Below are positions 31,677 to 51,425 of a stretch of DNA of 64,000 nucleotides, in pieces. The translations under genes were made by a program, and so were the position numbers. The notes below the pieces were generated by a model. The model was not told the DNA's origin. It made no database searches and worked only from the letters and a program-made list of their open reading frames with translations. How positions within the stretch are numbered: position 1 is the first letter of the stretch; each line of letters starts with the position of its first letter. The DNA is from the human T2T-CHM13v2.0 reference genome, Homo sapiens, in assembly GCF_009914755.1 (NCBI RefSeq), contig NC_060926.1; one strand, written 5' to 3'.

Positions 31677-33297
31677 TTTCAAAAAGGCACTAGATATGGC
31701 TTTCCTCCAATAGATGTAATTGATAGATTTATTAATGCTTACAAAACCCAGGATTAACTGCCTTCTTCCAAATAGAAGGCCTGAAATGGTCTAAGACACT
31801 TGTATCATCCTGGTTAACTTGACTATTGAATTTTCCGACTCTAGGCTGCTAAGGAAGTTCTTGAACTGTTTTCTGCCCATGACCATTTTCTTCAGATCTG
31901 CCTTTAACTCCCTTCTGCAGACTCACTGCCTGCTTTTGTCTGAGTAAATGCTTACATAAATCATTATATAGACTTACTAAAGTATGTTTTGTTTAGTAAG
32001 AAAGTTTTGGAAGGTAGAGAGAAGTGGACCATGTTCCAAAAATGTAAGTGTAATTGAAAAAGGAATCCCTCAGCAGCACCCAGTTTACATTGCCAATAGA
32101 CAGGCATGGAGTTCACCAGCCATTTGGCAGAGAATGAGACACATGCTAAGACTGGCTGTGCGAGAGTGCAATTTCAGTGAGTTCTTAGGGTTACATAAAA
32201 GTGTCGAGGCAAACCTTTCACCCAGATGAATGTAAAAAAATTGGTTTCACACATGTTCATTCAATAAATATTTATTGAATATCTTCTATATGAAAGATAT
32301 TGGCACTTGAGGATGAATTAGTGAAAAATGGTGCAACAGTCCACTGAAAGAAAAATAGGAAGATCTACATACTAAATAAAAGTAAATGTCAGTTTAAGTT
32401 TATAGTTAAATACAGATGAAAACATTTTTCTTTGATAATAAAGTCAAGAACTAGATGATCGTGAGACATGTTCCTGATTCCATGGCTCTATTTGTCTAAA
32501 GGCTGTTATCGTGAATCACAGACATGCACAGATGGAGTTAATTAGCTGCCCTTCAGCTAGGCTTACCTCCAATTGCCCAGACATTGATGGAAACATCATT
32601 AAAGAAACCGACCTTTAATTGCAATCACTGAGATTCCACAGCCTGTTAAGAAAACTGAGGAAGCAGAGGGATTTCCGTCACATCAAAGAGTCTGAAATAT
32701 TCTATTTCAGAATAGTGCAAGATGGCATCTCTGTTACATCAGTTTAAGAGATAATGCAGATGCGTTAATAATTACTATAATGTCTGTTTTATTCTCAGAT
32801 AAAACTGTTTAAATTGAGCTCAACTAAGCACATATAAGTAGGTGGCAAACAGAACGTAGAGTTTTTCTTAAATCTTAAAAACATGACATCATATTTGTCT
32901 TGCCTAAGTAGATACCAGCTCCGTATTACCATACATGTAATTACTATTACTCCAAAAGTAAAATAAACATAAAATAATTCTTTGTTTCCTGAGAGACAAG
33001 AGTGGGGTACTTATATATTTTATCTTTTCTTGTTTGTTAAAACTTCATTTGGCCTTCATTTTACTAAATGTGTGGGTGTAAGATACAAAATTTCCTATAA
33101 GTACAGCAAGAACTTTAAAACATAAAGGGAAGTGGCTTTTTCCCCAACACTAGTCATAAACTCTTAGTCGACACTAAGAAAAGGAAAGGGGCTCAGAAAG
33201 CATAACAAGAGCTTGTTTCCCAACTGAAGACCTGGCCTTTCTCCTCGGGAGAGCTTCTCCCAACTCCCCTCCCTACATCAGCTGCCTCTGGAATTGC

Positions 33298-33791
33298 CCT
33301 TGGCCCTTGAACAACATGGGTCTGAACTGTGCAGATCCACTTATACATGGATTTTTTTTCAATAAAAGTTAACATGGACTGTGCCTGCCTTTCCTGGGAC
33401 CTCTCCTACCTCTGACACCCCTGAGACAGTAAGACCAACTCCTACTCTTCCTTCTCCTCCTCAGCCTGCTCAATGTGAAGATGATGAGATAAAGATCTTT
33501 ATGATGATCCACTTCTACCTAATAGTAAATATATTTTCTGTTATGATTTTCTTAGTAACATTGTCTTTTCTCTAGCTTACTTATTGTAAGAATACAGTAT
33601 ATGATACACACAGCATACAAAATGTGCTAATTGATTATTTATGCTCTTGGTAAGGCCTCTGGTCAACAATAATTAATAGATAAATTTGGGGTGAGTCAAA
33701 AGTTATTGAAGAGTTATCCACAGATTTTTGGCTGAGTTGGGGAGGGAGAGTGTCAGTGCCCCTAACACCTGCATTGTTCAAGGGTCAACTG
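33298..33791 (+). mobile_element. Tigger2a-like (TcMar) DNA transposon fossil
   Basis: TIRs ttggcccttgaacaa...ttgttcaagggtcaactg followed by TA. Confidence 0.85.
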
Positions 33792-33984
33792 TACCCTCTG
33801 CAGCTTCACTGGCCCCTTGTTTGACTCCACATGCCACACCTCTCTGACCACTTCCACTGAAAGCAATAAACATGAGCCCCTCAACCACAGACCAGCCAAG
33901 TTCATGGAACTCCTAGTGTCCATGAACTTGCATCTTTTCTTTTTGTGGCCATCAAGTACATGAATTTTTGTGAGACCTAATCCT

Positions 33985-40310
<6,326 letters not shown>

Positions 40311-40394
40311 TCAGCAGCCTGTTCTCACCATTATTAGATTTATCTCTTTTTTTTGTTGGTGATGATTATATGGGATATTTCTTTTTGGTATCTG

Positions 40395-43300
40395 ACATTT
40401 TTTATTGATATATAATAATTGTACATATTTATGGGGGTACATGTGATACTTTGATACATGCACATAACGTGCAATGATCAAATTAAGGGAAATTAGTATA
40501 TCCAACATGTCAAACATTTATCATTTCATGATGTTGGGAACATTCCAAATCTTCTTCTCTAGCTATTTTGAGATATACCAGAAATTATTGTTAATTATAA
40601 TCACTCTGCTACGCTATTAAACACTATAACTTGTTCCTTCTATTTAATTGTGTTTTTGTACTCACTAACCAACCTCTCTTCATTCCCTCTTGCCCTGTAC
40701 CATTCCCAGCCTCTGGTAACTGCCATTCTACTCTCTACTTTGATGAGATCAACTTTTTTAGTTTCTACATAAGTGAGAATATGTGATATTTGTCTTTTGG
40801 TGTCTGGCTTGTTTCACTTAACATGTCTTCTAGTTCCATCCATGCTGCTACTGCAAATGACAGAATTTCATCACTTTTTATGCCTGAATGATATTTCACT
40901 GTGTATAAGTACTGCACTTTCTTTATCCATTCATCTGCTGATGGACACTTAATGTTGATTCCATATCTTGGCTACTGTGAATAATGCTGCAATAAACAAG
41001 GGATATCTCTTCCACAGACATCTCTTCCACATAGTGATTTCTTTTCTTTTGAATATATACCCAATAGTGGGATTGCTGGATCATATTTTTTTTTCTTCAT
41101 TTTTTTGAGGAGCCTCCATATTGTTTTCCATAGTGGCCATACTAATTTATATTCCTACTAACAGTATGTTAAAGCAAACTAAATATGGCCTGAGAAGGAC
41201 TATGTACTTCTATATTTGAGTCCTTGTGGATGAACTGTAATGTAATTTAGTAGGTAGACAAGATTGAAAACCCAACTTAGGAGTATGTGCCTGTAACTTG
41301 TAGCTGAGTCCTGGCCAATCCTAGCAGCCATACTTCAACCACTCATATACTGCTCAGTGTTCAAACTGTGTTCAAATAAGACAAACACCAACTGGTAACC
41401 AATCCAGCTGTTTCTGTACTTCACTTCTAACTTCTGTACATCATGTTCCTTTTATTGTCTATAAATTTGTTCTGACCATGAGGCATCCCTGGAGTGCCTC
41501 TGAATCTGCTGTGATTCTGGGGGCTGCCTGATTTGTAAATCATTTTTTTCTTGCTCAGTTAAACTCTGTTAAATTTGAAGTTTTTTATTTTTTATCAAGT
41601 GTATAAGAGTTTCCCTTTCTCCATATCCTCACCGGCATATTTTTTGTCTTTTTGATAATAGCCAGTTTAACTGAAGTGAGATGATATCTCATTGTGGTTT
41701 CAGTTTGCATTTGCCTGATGATTAGAGATGAACATTTTTCCCTATCACTGTTGGTCATTTGTAGGTCTTCTTGGTGAAGGTCTTCTTGTATTCAGATCAT
41801 TTGCTCATTTTTTAATCAATTTTTTTTTGCTAATGAGTTGAGTTCCCTATATATTCTGGTTATTAATTCCTTATCAGATGAGTAGTTTGCAAATATTTTC
41901 TCCCATTTTGTAGGTTGTCTCTTCACTCTGCTGATTGTTTCCTTTGCTGTGTAAAAGCTTTGTAACTTGATGTGATGCCATTTGTCTATTTGTACTTTCG
42001 CACTTTTGTGTTATATTTTATAAGACCTTTTGAAGTCTTAATAAAATATTTGCCCAGACCAATGACCTGAAGTGTTTCTCCAGTGTTTTCTCCTAGTAGT
42101 TTCCGGTCTTACATTTAAGTCTTTAATTCACTTTAATTCATTTTCGTATACAGTGAGAGACAGAGGTCTAGTTTCATTCTTCTGCATATGAATATCCAGT
42201 TTTCCCAGCACCATTTATTGAAGAGATTGTCTTTTCCCCAGTGTATGTTTTTGGTGTCTTTGTTGAAAATAAGTTGGCTGTAAATGCACAGATTTATTTC
42301 TGGGTTCTCTATTCCGTTCCATTGTTCTATGTGTCTGTTTTTATGCCAATACCATGCTGTTTTGGTTATTATAGCTTTGTAGTATATCTTGAAGTACAGT
42401 ATTTTGATGCCCCCAGCTTTGTTATTTTTGCTCGGGATTGTTTTGGCTATTTGGGGTCTTTTGTGGTTCCATACTAATTTTAGAATTGCTTTTTCTAGTT
42501 CTGTGAAGAATGTCATTGGTATTTTGATAGAGGTTGCGCTGAATCTGTAGATCACTATGGGTAGCACAGACATTTTAACAATATTAATTTTTCCAATTGA
42601 TGACCATGAAATATTTTTCCATTTTTTGTGTCCTCTTTAATTTCTTTCATCAGTGTTTTATAGTTTTCATTGTATAAATTTTTCACTTCTTTGGTTAAGT
42701 ATATTTCTATTTTTTTTTTTTTCCCTTTACAAGCTATTATAAATGGGATTGCTTTCTTCATTTCTACTTCAGGTTATTTGCTGTTGGTGTAAAGAAATGC
42801 TACTAATTTTTGTGTGTTGATTTTGTATCCTGAAACTTTACTGAATTTATCAGATCTAACAGTTTTTTATGGAGTCTTTAGTTTTTTCTAAATATATGAT
42901 CATGTCATCTGTGAACAAGGATAATGTGACTTCTTATTTTCCAATTTGGATGCCTTTATTTCTATCTCTTGCATAATTGTTCTAGCTAGAACTTCCAAAA
43001 ATGTGTCAAATAAAGTGGTGAAAGTGGGCATCCTTGTGTTGTTCCAGATCTTACAGGAAAGGCTTTCAATTTCTCCCAATTCAGTATGATGTTAGCTGTG
43101 AGTTTGTCATATATGACCTCTATTGTTCTGACGTATGTACCTTCTATAGTCAGTTTGTTGCAGAATTTTTTTTATCATAAAGGGATGTTGAATTTTATCA
43201 AATGGTTTTTCAGCATCTATTGAAATGGTCATTTGTTTTTGTTCTTGATTCTGTTAATATGACGTATCATGTTTATTGATTTGTGTATTTGGAACCATCC

Positions 43301-46300
43301 TTGCATCCCTGGGATGAATCCCACTTGATCACAATGAATGACCTTTTTAATGTGTTGTTGAATTTGACTTGCTAGTATTTTGTTGGGGATTTTTGCATCT
43401 ATGTTTATCATGGATAAACATAGTTTATCCATGTAGTTTTCTTTGTGTGTGTGTGTCCTTGTCTGGTTTTGATACCATAGTAATGCTGGTCTTGTAGAAT
43501 GAGTTTGGAAGTATTCTCTCCTCTTCAATTTTTTGGGATATTTTGAGTAGAATTGATATTAGTTCTTTAAATGTTTTGGGGAATTCAGCAGTGAAGCTGT
43601 CAGATCCTGGGCTTTTCTTTGGTAGGATACATTTTATTACTGTTTCAGTCTTGTTACTTATTATTGGTCTGTTCTGGTTTTCTATTTCTTCATGGTTCAA
43701 TCTTGGTAGGTTGTATGTGTACAGGAATTTATCTGTTTATTCTAGGCTTACCAATTTGTTGGCAGGTAATTGTTCAGAATAGTCTCTAGTGATCCTTTGT
43801 GTTATCTGTGGTATCAGTTTTAATGTCTCCTTTTTCATCTCTCATTTTATTTATTTGGGCCTTCTCTTTTTTTTTCTTAGTCTTGCTAAAGTTTTGTCAA
43901 TTTTATTTTTCAAAAAATAACTTTCTTTTCATTGATCTTTTGTATTGTTTTTAGTTTTATTTCTGCTGTAGTTTTTATTATTTCTTTCCTTCTATTACTT
44001 TTGGGTTGGCTTTGTTCTTGTTTCTCTAGTTCCTTGAGGTGTATCACTAAGTTGTTTATTTGAGATCTTCCTACTTTTTTGATACAGGCATTTATTTTTA
44101 TAAAATTCCCTCTTAGAGCTACTTTTGCTGTATCCCGTAGGTTTTGGTATACTGTGTTTCCGTTTTCATTTGTTTCAAGGAATTTTTAAATTTCCTTTTA
44201 ATTTCTCCATTGACCCATTTGTTGTTCAGCAGTATGTTAAGATACCCGATATGATTTCAATTTTTAAAAATTTATTAAGACTTGTTTCATGACATAACAT
44301 ATGGTCTATCCTGGAGACTGTTTTATGTGCTGATGAGAAGAATGTGTATTCTGCAGCTGTTGAATGGAATGTTCTGTAAGCATCTGTTAGGTTCATTTGA
44401 TCTATGGTGCAGTTTAATGTCTCTTCATCGATTTTTTGTTTGGATGATCTGTTCATTGTTGAAGGTGGGATGTCAAAGACCCCTTCTATTACTGTATTCC
44501 AGACAATATCTCCCTTTAGGTCTATTAATATTTGTTTTATATATTTGGGTGCTCTGGTGTTGAGTGCATATATATTTACAATTGTTATATCCTTTTTCTG
44601 TATTGACCTCTTTATCATTATACACTTGCCTTCTTTGTCTTTTCAAAACTGTTCTTGACTTAAAGTCCATTTTATGTGATATATGTATAGCTACTCCTGA
44701 TCTTTTTTGGTTTCTATTTGCATGGGGTATCCTTGTTACATATTTCTGTATTGCCTATCTCTTAACCAATTATATTAGTTACTGTTTTTAATAGTTTTAA
44801 GTCCACATACTTAATATATAAATTGTTTACTTACAGTATTAGAGTATTCTGAATTTGCCTATTTTCTTTCTTTTACCAGTGAGTTTAATACCTTCAGATG
44901 TGTTCTTGTTACATGTTAGCATTCTTTTTTTCCAGATTGATTGAAGAAATCCTTTTAGCATTTCCTTTAATACAGGGCTGGTGTTGATGAATTCTCAGAA
45001 GCAGAGTCTATTGCTCCTTCATGTTTAAATGATTGCTTTGCTGAGTACAGTAATCTTGGCTAGCAGTCCTTTTTTCCTTCAGCACTTTTAATATAGCATC
45101 CCATTTTCTCCTGGCCTGCAGGGTTTCCACTGAGAAATCTGTTGAAAGCTGTATTAGGGCTCCATTAAATGTGATATGTTTCTCTTCTCTTGCTGGTTTG
45201 AGTATTATTTGTCTTTTTTTTTGTGAATTTGATTATAATATGTCTTGGAGATTTCCTCTTTGGGTTGAATTTTGTTGGTGATCTCTGAGCTTCCTATACC
45301 TAAATGGTGTCATTTTTCTCCAGATTTAGGAAATTTTCAGTCTTCATTTCCTTAAATATGCTTCCTAGGCATTTTTCTCTCTCACTGCCTTCAGAAATTC
45401 CTATTAGGTGGACATTAGTTTGCTTGGTAGTGCATCATAATTCTTGTAGGCCTTGTTTACTCTTTTTTATTTTTATTTTTGCTCCTCTGATTGGGTAATA
45501 AAGCTCACTAATTCTTTCCTCTGTTTGATCAAGTCTGCTGTTGAAGCTTTCTACTGAGTTTTTCAGTTTAGTTATTGCATTCTTTATTTCTAGGATTTCT
45601 ATTTGGCTTTTAAATTGTTTCCGTTTTGTTGTCAAATTTCTCATTTTGTTCCTGGATTGTTTTGCAAATTTCATTTAGTTTTCTTCTCATATTTGCTTGT
45701 GATTCCCTTAACTTCTTTAGGGGGATTATTCTGAATTCTCTGACATTTCATAGATCTTCAAATCTTCTGGGTCCATTGGTGGAGCTTTGTTGGTTTCTTT
45801 TGGTCATATTTCCCTGAGTTTTCAAAATCTTTCTGTCTTGATGCCTTCAAAATCTTTCTTGATGCCTGCACATTTGAGAAGACATCCACCTCTTCCAGCT
45901 TTTGCAGGTGTTCTTTGGTAGTGTCAGACCTTTCCTAATTAGTATCAGAACTTAAATACCAGCCTGTTGTTTCTTCATATTCTGGGGAGGACTTATAATG
46001 AGCCCCAGAACTAAAACACTGCCCTAGAACTAACCCATTGCCCTGCCATTGTTTCCTGGTCTGAGGAAGACTTACAGTGAGTGCCAGAAGTTAAACATTA
46101 TCCGGGAACTATATTGCTGCCTTGCCATTGTTTCAGTCTGGGGGCAGACGTAAGTGGGCATGAGAAGTTAATCCTCACATTTTAGTTGTTTCCAGGTCAG
46201 TGAGAAACTCTACATGAGCACCTGAGCTTTCTGGAAAAATCTGGCCAGCTATTCAAGACTTCCCACAGATTGTACCCCTTGCAGCTCTATGACATCAGCC

Positions 46301-46785
46301 TATCTCTTCAATGTGGCATCCCTGCTGATCAAAGCACATAGTAGCCGCCAAGATCAATGCCCCAGCCACTGTAGTCAGTGCCCCACTCTGTGTTCCTAAT
46401 TCACCCCAGGTGGCTCAGCCCTTCTGACACTTCCAATGGTTCCTTTGGAATGAGACCAGAATGGGTTTCCTTTGAAGATTCCCAGACTGATGGGCATAGT
46501 GAATGTTTACCTTCAATTCTCTCCTCTTATCTCAGAAACTGTGAGTCTAGGGCAATTATCTGTGAGTGGCACTGTGCCTGTTTGGGGGAGGAGGTGGCAC
46601 AGTCTGAAATGACTATTTCTCTTGCTGATCATGGTTTATCTAGATTTTGTAGGCCTAGGGGGTTTCTCTACTTCTCCCCTAAGTTTTGGTGAATTCACAG
46701 TGTCATTCTTATCTTTGAATAGTTTCTAATTGTACTTATGTAAGGGTAATGATGCCAGGAATCTTCTATTCTGCCATCTTGCTAC
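40395..46785 (-). mobile_element. near full-length decayed L1MA-type element
   Basis: L1MA-type 3' end (ttgtacatatttatgggggtacatgtgata); ORF2 fragments at 42133-44618; ORF1 remnants ~45000-45800; 5' end ctattctgccatcttgct. Confidence 0.88.
41167..41597 (+). mobile_element. MER57-type ERV1 solo LTR inside the L1MA
   Basis: TG...CA ends, tgttaaagcaaactaaatatggcctgagaaggact start, 4-bp TSD agta/agtg; host L1 resumes. Confidence 0.85.
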
Positions 46786-48177
46786 CATTAAAAAAAAACT
46801 GCAACAAACGAACAACCCCCCCCACACACACACACTTCCATCAGTAGTTGTAGCAAAAAAAAAAAAAAAAATACAATCCTTTTCTTAAAAAAGAGGAAAA
46901 TCTACTTTGATGTATTCTGGGAGTTTATTAAATCCAAGTCCTAAAAAGTGGTGACTTTTAAAAACCAATTAAAAAAATAATTGGGGCAGGACTTCCAGAA
47001 TGAAGTGTGAGGAGCTTGACCATTTCATGGGGGTAGGGGAGAGCAGGAAATAAGACAGCTTTTTAGGGTTCCTAGATGTTGGACTTAGAAAACAAAGACT
47101 TCAAAGCAGCTATTGAAAATATGTTCAAAGAACTAAATGAAATCATGTTTAAAGAATTTACATAAGGTATGATGATGTCTCATAAAATAAAGAATATCAA
47201 CAATATGTAGAAGTCGTATTTTTTAAAAAAGAACTAATTGAAAATTCCGGTGTTGAAAAGTACAATAACCACAATGAAAAACTGCTAGAGGGACTCAATG
47301 GTAGATTTGAGCTGGCAGAAGAAAGAATCAGCAAACATAAAGAGATCAATAGAGTATGCAATCTGAAGAGTAGGGTGAATAAAGAATGAAGAAAAGAGAG
47401 CAGAACCTGAGAGAAATGTGGGACACCATTAATCTCAAAAACATATGTGTAAGGGGACTGTCAAGAAAGGAGAGAAAGAAGAAGCAGAAAATATATCTGA
47501 AGAAATAATAGCTGAAAAGTAAAAACTTTGATGGAAAACATTAATCTATATATATCCAATAATGTCAACCAACTACAAGATAAACACAAAGAGATACATA
47601 CCCAGACACAACATAGAATATTCAAGCTAAATACAAAAAGAAAAACTTGAAAGAAGCAAAAGAAAAATTACTCATTACATACTCTGATAAGATTAACAGT
47701 TGACTCCTAGGCCATTATAGGAAGCCCCAAAAGACTAATGGCTTATTTCTCATCAGAAGTAATGGAGGCCAGAAGGCAGTGAGACGAAAAATTCAAAATG
47801 CTGAAAAAAAATCCTGACAAATGAGATTCCCATATCCAGGAAAACTATCTCTCAAAAATGAAAGAGAAATAAATACATTTTAGCTACCCCAAAATGAAGA
47901 GAATTTGTTGGTGGCAAACCAGCTTTAAAAGAGCTACTATAGGACGTTCTTTACCCTGAAAAATTGTGATGCCAGACAGTAATTTAAATCCACACAGAAT
48001 AACAAAGAGTTCCAGTAAAAGTAATTATGTAAGTAATTAATTACAAAAGATGGTATAACTGTAGAGTTCTTCTCCTTCCTTCTCTGAACTGATTTATAAA
48101 GCAATTATATAGAACAATATGTATATAATTACATTATTCGGTTTATAACATACAGAAATAAAATATATTTGGAAAAA

Positions 48178-48519
48178 CAGTAGTCCCTCCATATCAGGAG
48201 GGAGGGGATACATTCCAAGACTACCAGTGGATGCCTGAAATCAGACACAGTACCAAACCATATATACCACGTTTTTTTTGATGTGATAACCAAGATGCCT
48301 ACTAAGTGACTAATGGGTGGGTTGCCTATATAGCATGGATATGCTAGACAAAGGGATGATGTGAGTTTTCATTACACTATTCAGAATGGCATGCAACTTA
48401 AAGCTTATGAATTATTTCTGGGATTTTCCATTTAATATTTTCAGATCGTGTTGGACCATGGGTAACCATGGGTAACTGAAACCACAGAAAGCAAAACTGC
48501 AGATATCAAGAGAGTACTG
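48178..48519 (-). mobile_element. MER44-type (Tigger) MITE
   Basis: cagtagtccc...gtaactgaaaccacagaaagcaaaactgcagata...tactg with TIR-like ends. Confidence 0.8.
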
Positions 48520-49203
48520 TAATATCACAAAGGAGGTGTGTGAGAACAGAACTTTATTGGAATAAGGAAATAACACTAGTTGGTAATTTGAAGTCAAAAG
48601 AAGAAATAAGGAGAACCGAAAATAAAAAATAAGAAGGTTAATTTTTAAAAACCCTCTATAAGTCTTGTGCTTTTCTTTTTTCCTTGAGCTTATTTAAAAG
48701 ACATAAAATTATAAGAAGTAAGCATTATAACTGTGTATTACTGGGTTTGTAATATATAAATACTACATATACACATATATACACAGATGGAAGGGCAAAG
48801 AGTTATATGGGGTAACACTTCTATAAGTCATTAGAATTAAGTTAGTAAAAACATGAAGTAGATTCTAATAAGTTAAAATGTATACTGTAAGTCATAGGGC
48901 AATCACTAAGGAAATAACTTTTAAAATATCACGTAAAAATTAGGTCAATTAACATGTTAACTAGAAAGTATTCACTTAATGCAAAAAAATACTAAAGGAA
49001 CAACACAGGGAAAACAAAACATGAGATATATAGAAAACAAAATATTAAATAGCAGAGGTAAATCTAACAATATCAATAATAATATTAAGTGTGAATATAA
49101 ATAAAAAAATTCAATCAAAAGACAGATAGACTGAATGTGAAAAAGTGATCCAACTATATGCTATCTACTGAATACACTTTAGATTAAAAAATATAATAGA
49201 TTA

Positions 49204-49467
49204 GGCCAAGGCAGGTGGCTTACCTGAGGCCAGGAGTTCAAAACCAGCCTGGTCAACATGGCGAAATCCCATCTCTACTAAAAATACAAAAAATTAGCTG
49301 GGTGTGGTGGCAGACACCTGTAATCTCAGCTACTCAGGAGGTTGAGGCAGGAGAATTGCTTGAACCCAGGAGGTGGAGGCTGCAGTGAGCTGAGATTGTG
49401 ACACTGCACTCCAGCCTGGGCAACAAGAGCAAAACTCCATCTCAAAACAAAACAAAACAAAACAAAA
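49204..49467 (+). mobile_element. AluSq-like SINE, slightly 5'-truncated, followed by an AT-rich repeat
   Basis: Alu body with (CAAAA)n tail, then (TA)n/ttcaatct units to ~49570. Confidence 0.92.
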
Positions 49468-50391
49468 TATATATATATAATATATATATATTCAATCTTA
49501 TATATATTATATATATATATTCAATCTTATATATATAATATATATATTCAATCTAACATATATATATTAAATTGAAGGCAAAAAGACTGAAAAAATATAT
49601 TATGTAAACAGCAACCATAAGAGAACTTGAATGGCTATAAAGTATCAGACAACATATAAATTAAAACAAAAAATGCTATCAGAGGCAAAGAGAGAAATTT
49701 TATAATTATGAAAGAATCAATACATCAGGAAGACATAACAATTATAAACATATATGCACCACCTAAAAACGGAGCCCTAAAATACATAAGGCAAAAACTG
49801 ATGGAGTTGGAGTGAGAAATACACAATTCAATAATAATAGTTGAAGACCAATATTCCACTTTCAATAATGGATAGAACAGTTGGCAGTAGACAAGGAAAC
49901 ACAAAAATATGAATAACACTATAAATCAAGACATAACTGACATCTACAGAACACTCCACACAAAAACAGTTTAGTACACAGTGTTCTCAAGTGCACATGG
50001 AAGATTATTCAGGACAGACAAAATGTTGGGCCATGACACAAACCTCAATAGATTTTTAAAAGATTTAAATTGTATAAAGTATATTCTTTAGCCACAGTGA
50101 AAATAAATTAGAAATTGGTAACAGAAGGAAATTTAGGAAATTCAAAACTATGTGAAAATTAAATAAGATTATTTATTGATTACTCCTGAATAATCAACAG
50201 GGCAAAGAAGAAATCACAAAGGAAATTAGAAAATGTTTTGAGATAAAGGTAAGAGAAAAACACAACATATTAAAATTTGTGGTATGCAGCTAAAGCAATA
50301 AAGGGAATTTTAAAAATTTATTTAGTAGAGGAAAATTTATAGCTACAGGTATTTAAGTAAAAAAAAATCTTAAATAACATAACATTTCATT

Positions 50392-50850
50392 TTAAGAAAC
50401 TGTAAAAAGAAAGAGAAAATAAAATCCAAACAGGAATAGCTCCAGTCTACAGCTCCCAGCATGAGCAATGCAGAAGATGGGTGATTTCTGCATTTCCAAC
50501 TGAGGTACCGGGTTCATCTCACTGGGGAGTGGCAGACAGTGAGTGCAGGACAGCGGGTGCAGTGCACCGAGTGTGAGCCAAAGCAGGTCGAGGCATCGCC
50601 TCACCCGGGAAGTGCAAGGGGTCAGGGAATTCCCTTTCCTAGTCAAAGAAAGGGGTGACAGATGGCACCTGGAAAATCGGGTCACTCCCACCCTAACACT
50701 GTGCTTTTCCAAGGGTCTGCACACCAGGAGATTATATCCTGTGCCTGGCTGGGAGGGTCCTACGCCCACGGAGCCTCGCTCATTGCTAGCACAGCAGTCT
50801 GAGATCAAACTGCAAGGTGGCAGCAAGGCTGGGGGAGGGGTGCCCACCAT
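50392..50850 (-). other. L1 ORF0-homologous antisense ORF
   Basis: MVGTPPPALLPPCSLISDCCASNERGSVGVGPS... matches ORF0 (MAGAPPPASLPPCSLISDCCASN...); lies within the 343-codon open frame 50392-51423. Confidence 0.7.
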
Positions 50851-51425
50851 TGCCGAGGCTTGAGTAGGTAAACAAAGTGGCCGGGAAGCTCGAACTGGGT
50901 GGAGCCCACCACAGCTCAAGGAGGCCTGCCTGCCTCTGTAGACTCCACCTCTGGGGGCAGGGCATAGCCAAACAAAAGGCAGCAGAAATCTCTGCAGACT
51001 TAAATGTCCCTGTCTGACAGCTTTGAAGAGAGTAGTGGTTCTCCCAGCACGCAGCTTGAGATCTGAGAACGGACAGACTGCCTCCTCAAGTGGGTCCCTG
51101 ACCCCCGAGTAGCCTAACTGGGAGGCACCCCCAAGTAGGGGCAGACTGACACCTCCCACAGCCAGGTACTCCTCTGAGACAAAACTTCCAGAAGAATGAT
51201 CAGGCAGCAACATTTGCTGTTCACCAATATCCGCTGTTCTGCAACCTCTGCTGCTGATACCCAGGCAAACAGGGTCTGGAGTGGACCTCCAGCAAACTCC
51301 AACAGACCTGCAGCTGAGGGTCCTGACTGGTAGAAGGAAAACTAACAAACAGAAAGGACATCCACACCAAAACCCCATTTGTACGTCACCATCATCGAAG
51401 ACCAAAGGTAGATACAACCACAAAG

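Larger units (their letters stand above)
46985..50430 (+). mobile_element. old L1M ORF1/inter-ORF/ORF2-endonuclease fragment (host of the L1PA insertion)
   Basis: gcagaagaaagaatcagc, ggaggccagaaggcagtg, tcaagtgcacatggaa, ggtatgcagctaaagca; ends at gagaaaataaaatccaaa. Confidence 0.85.

Noticed and set aside
45940-46200. Three degenerate ~75-bp repeats
   Set aside because: Inside the L1MA 5' UTR; most likely intrinsic to the element
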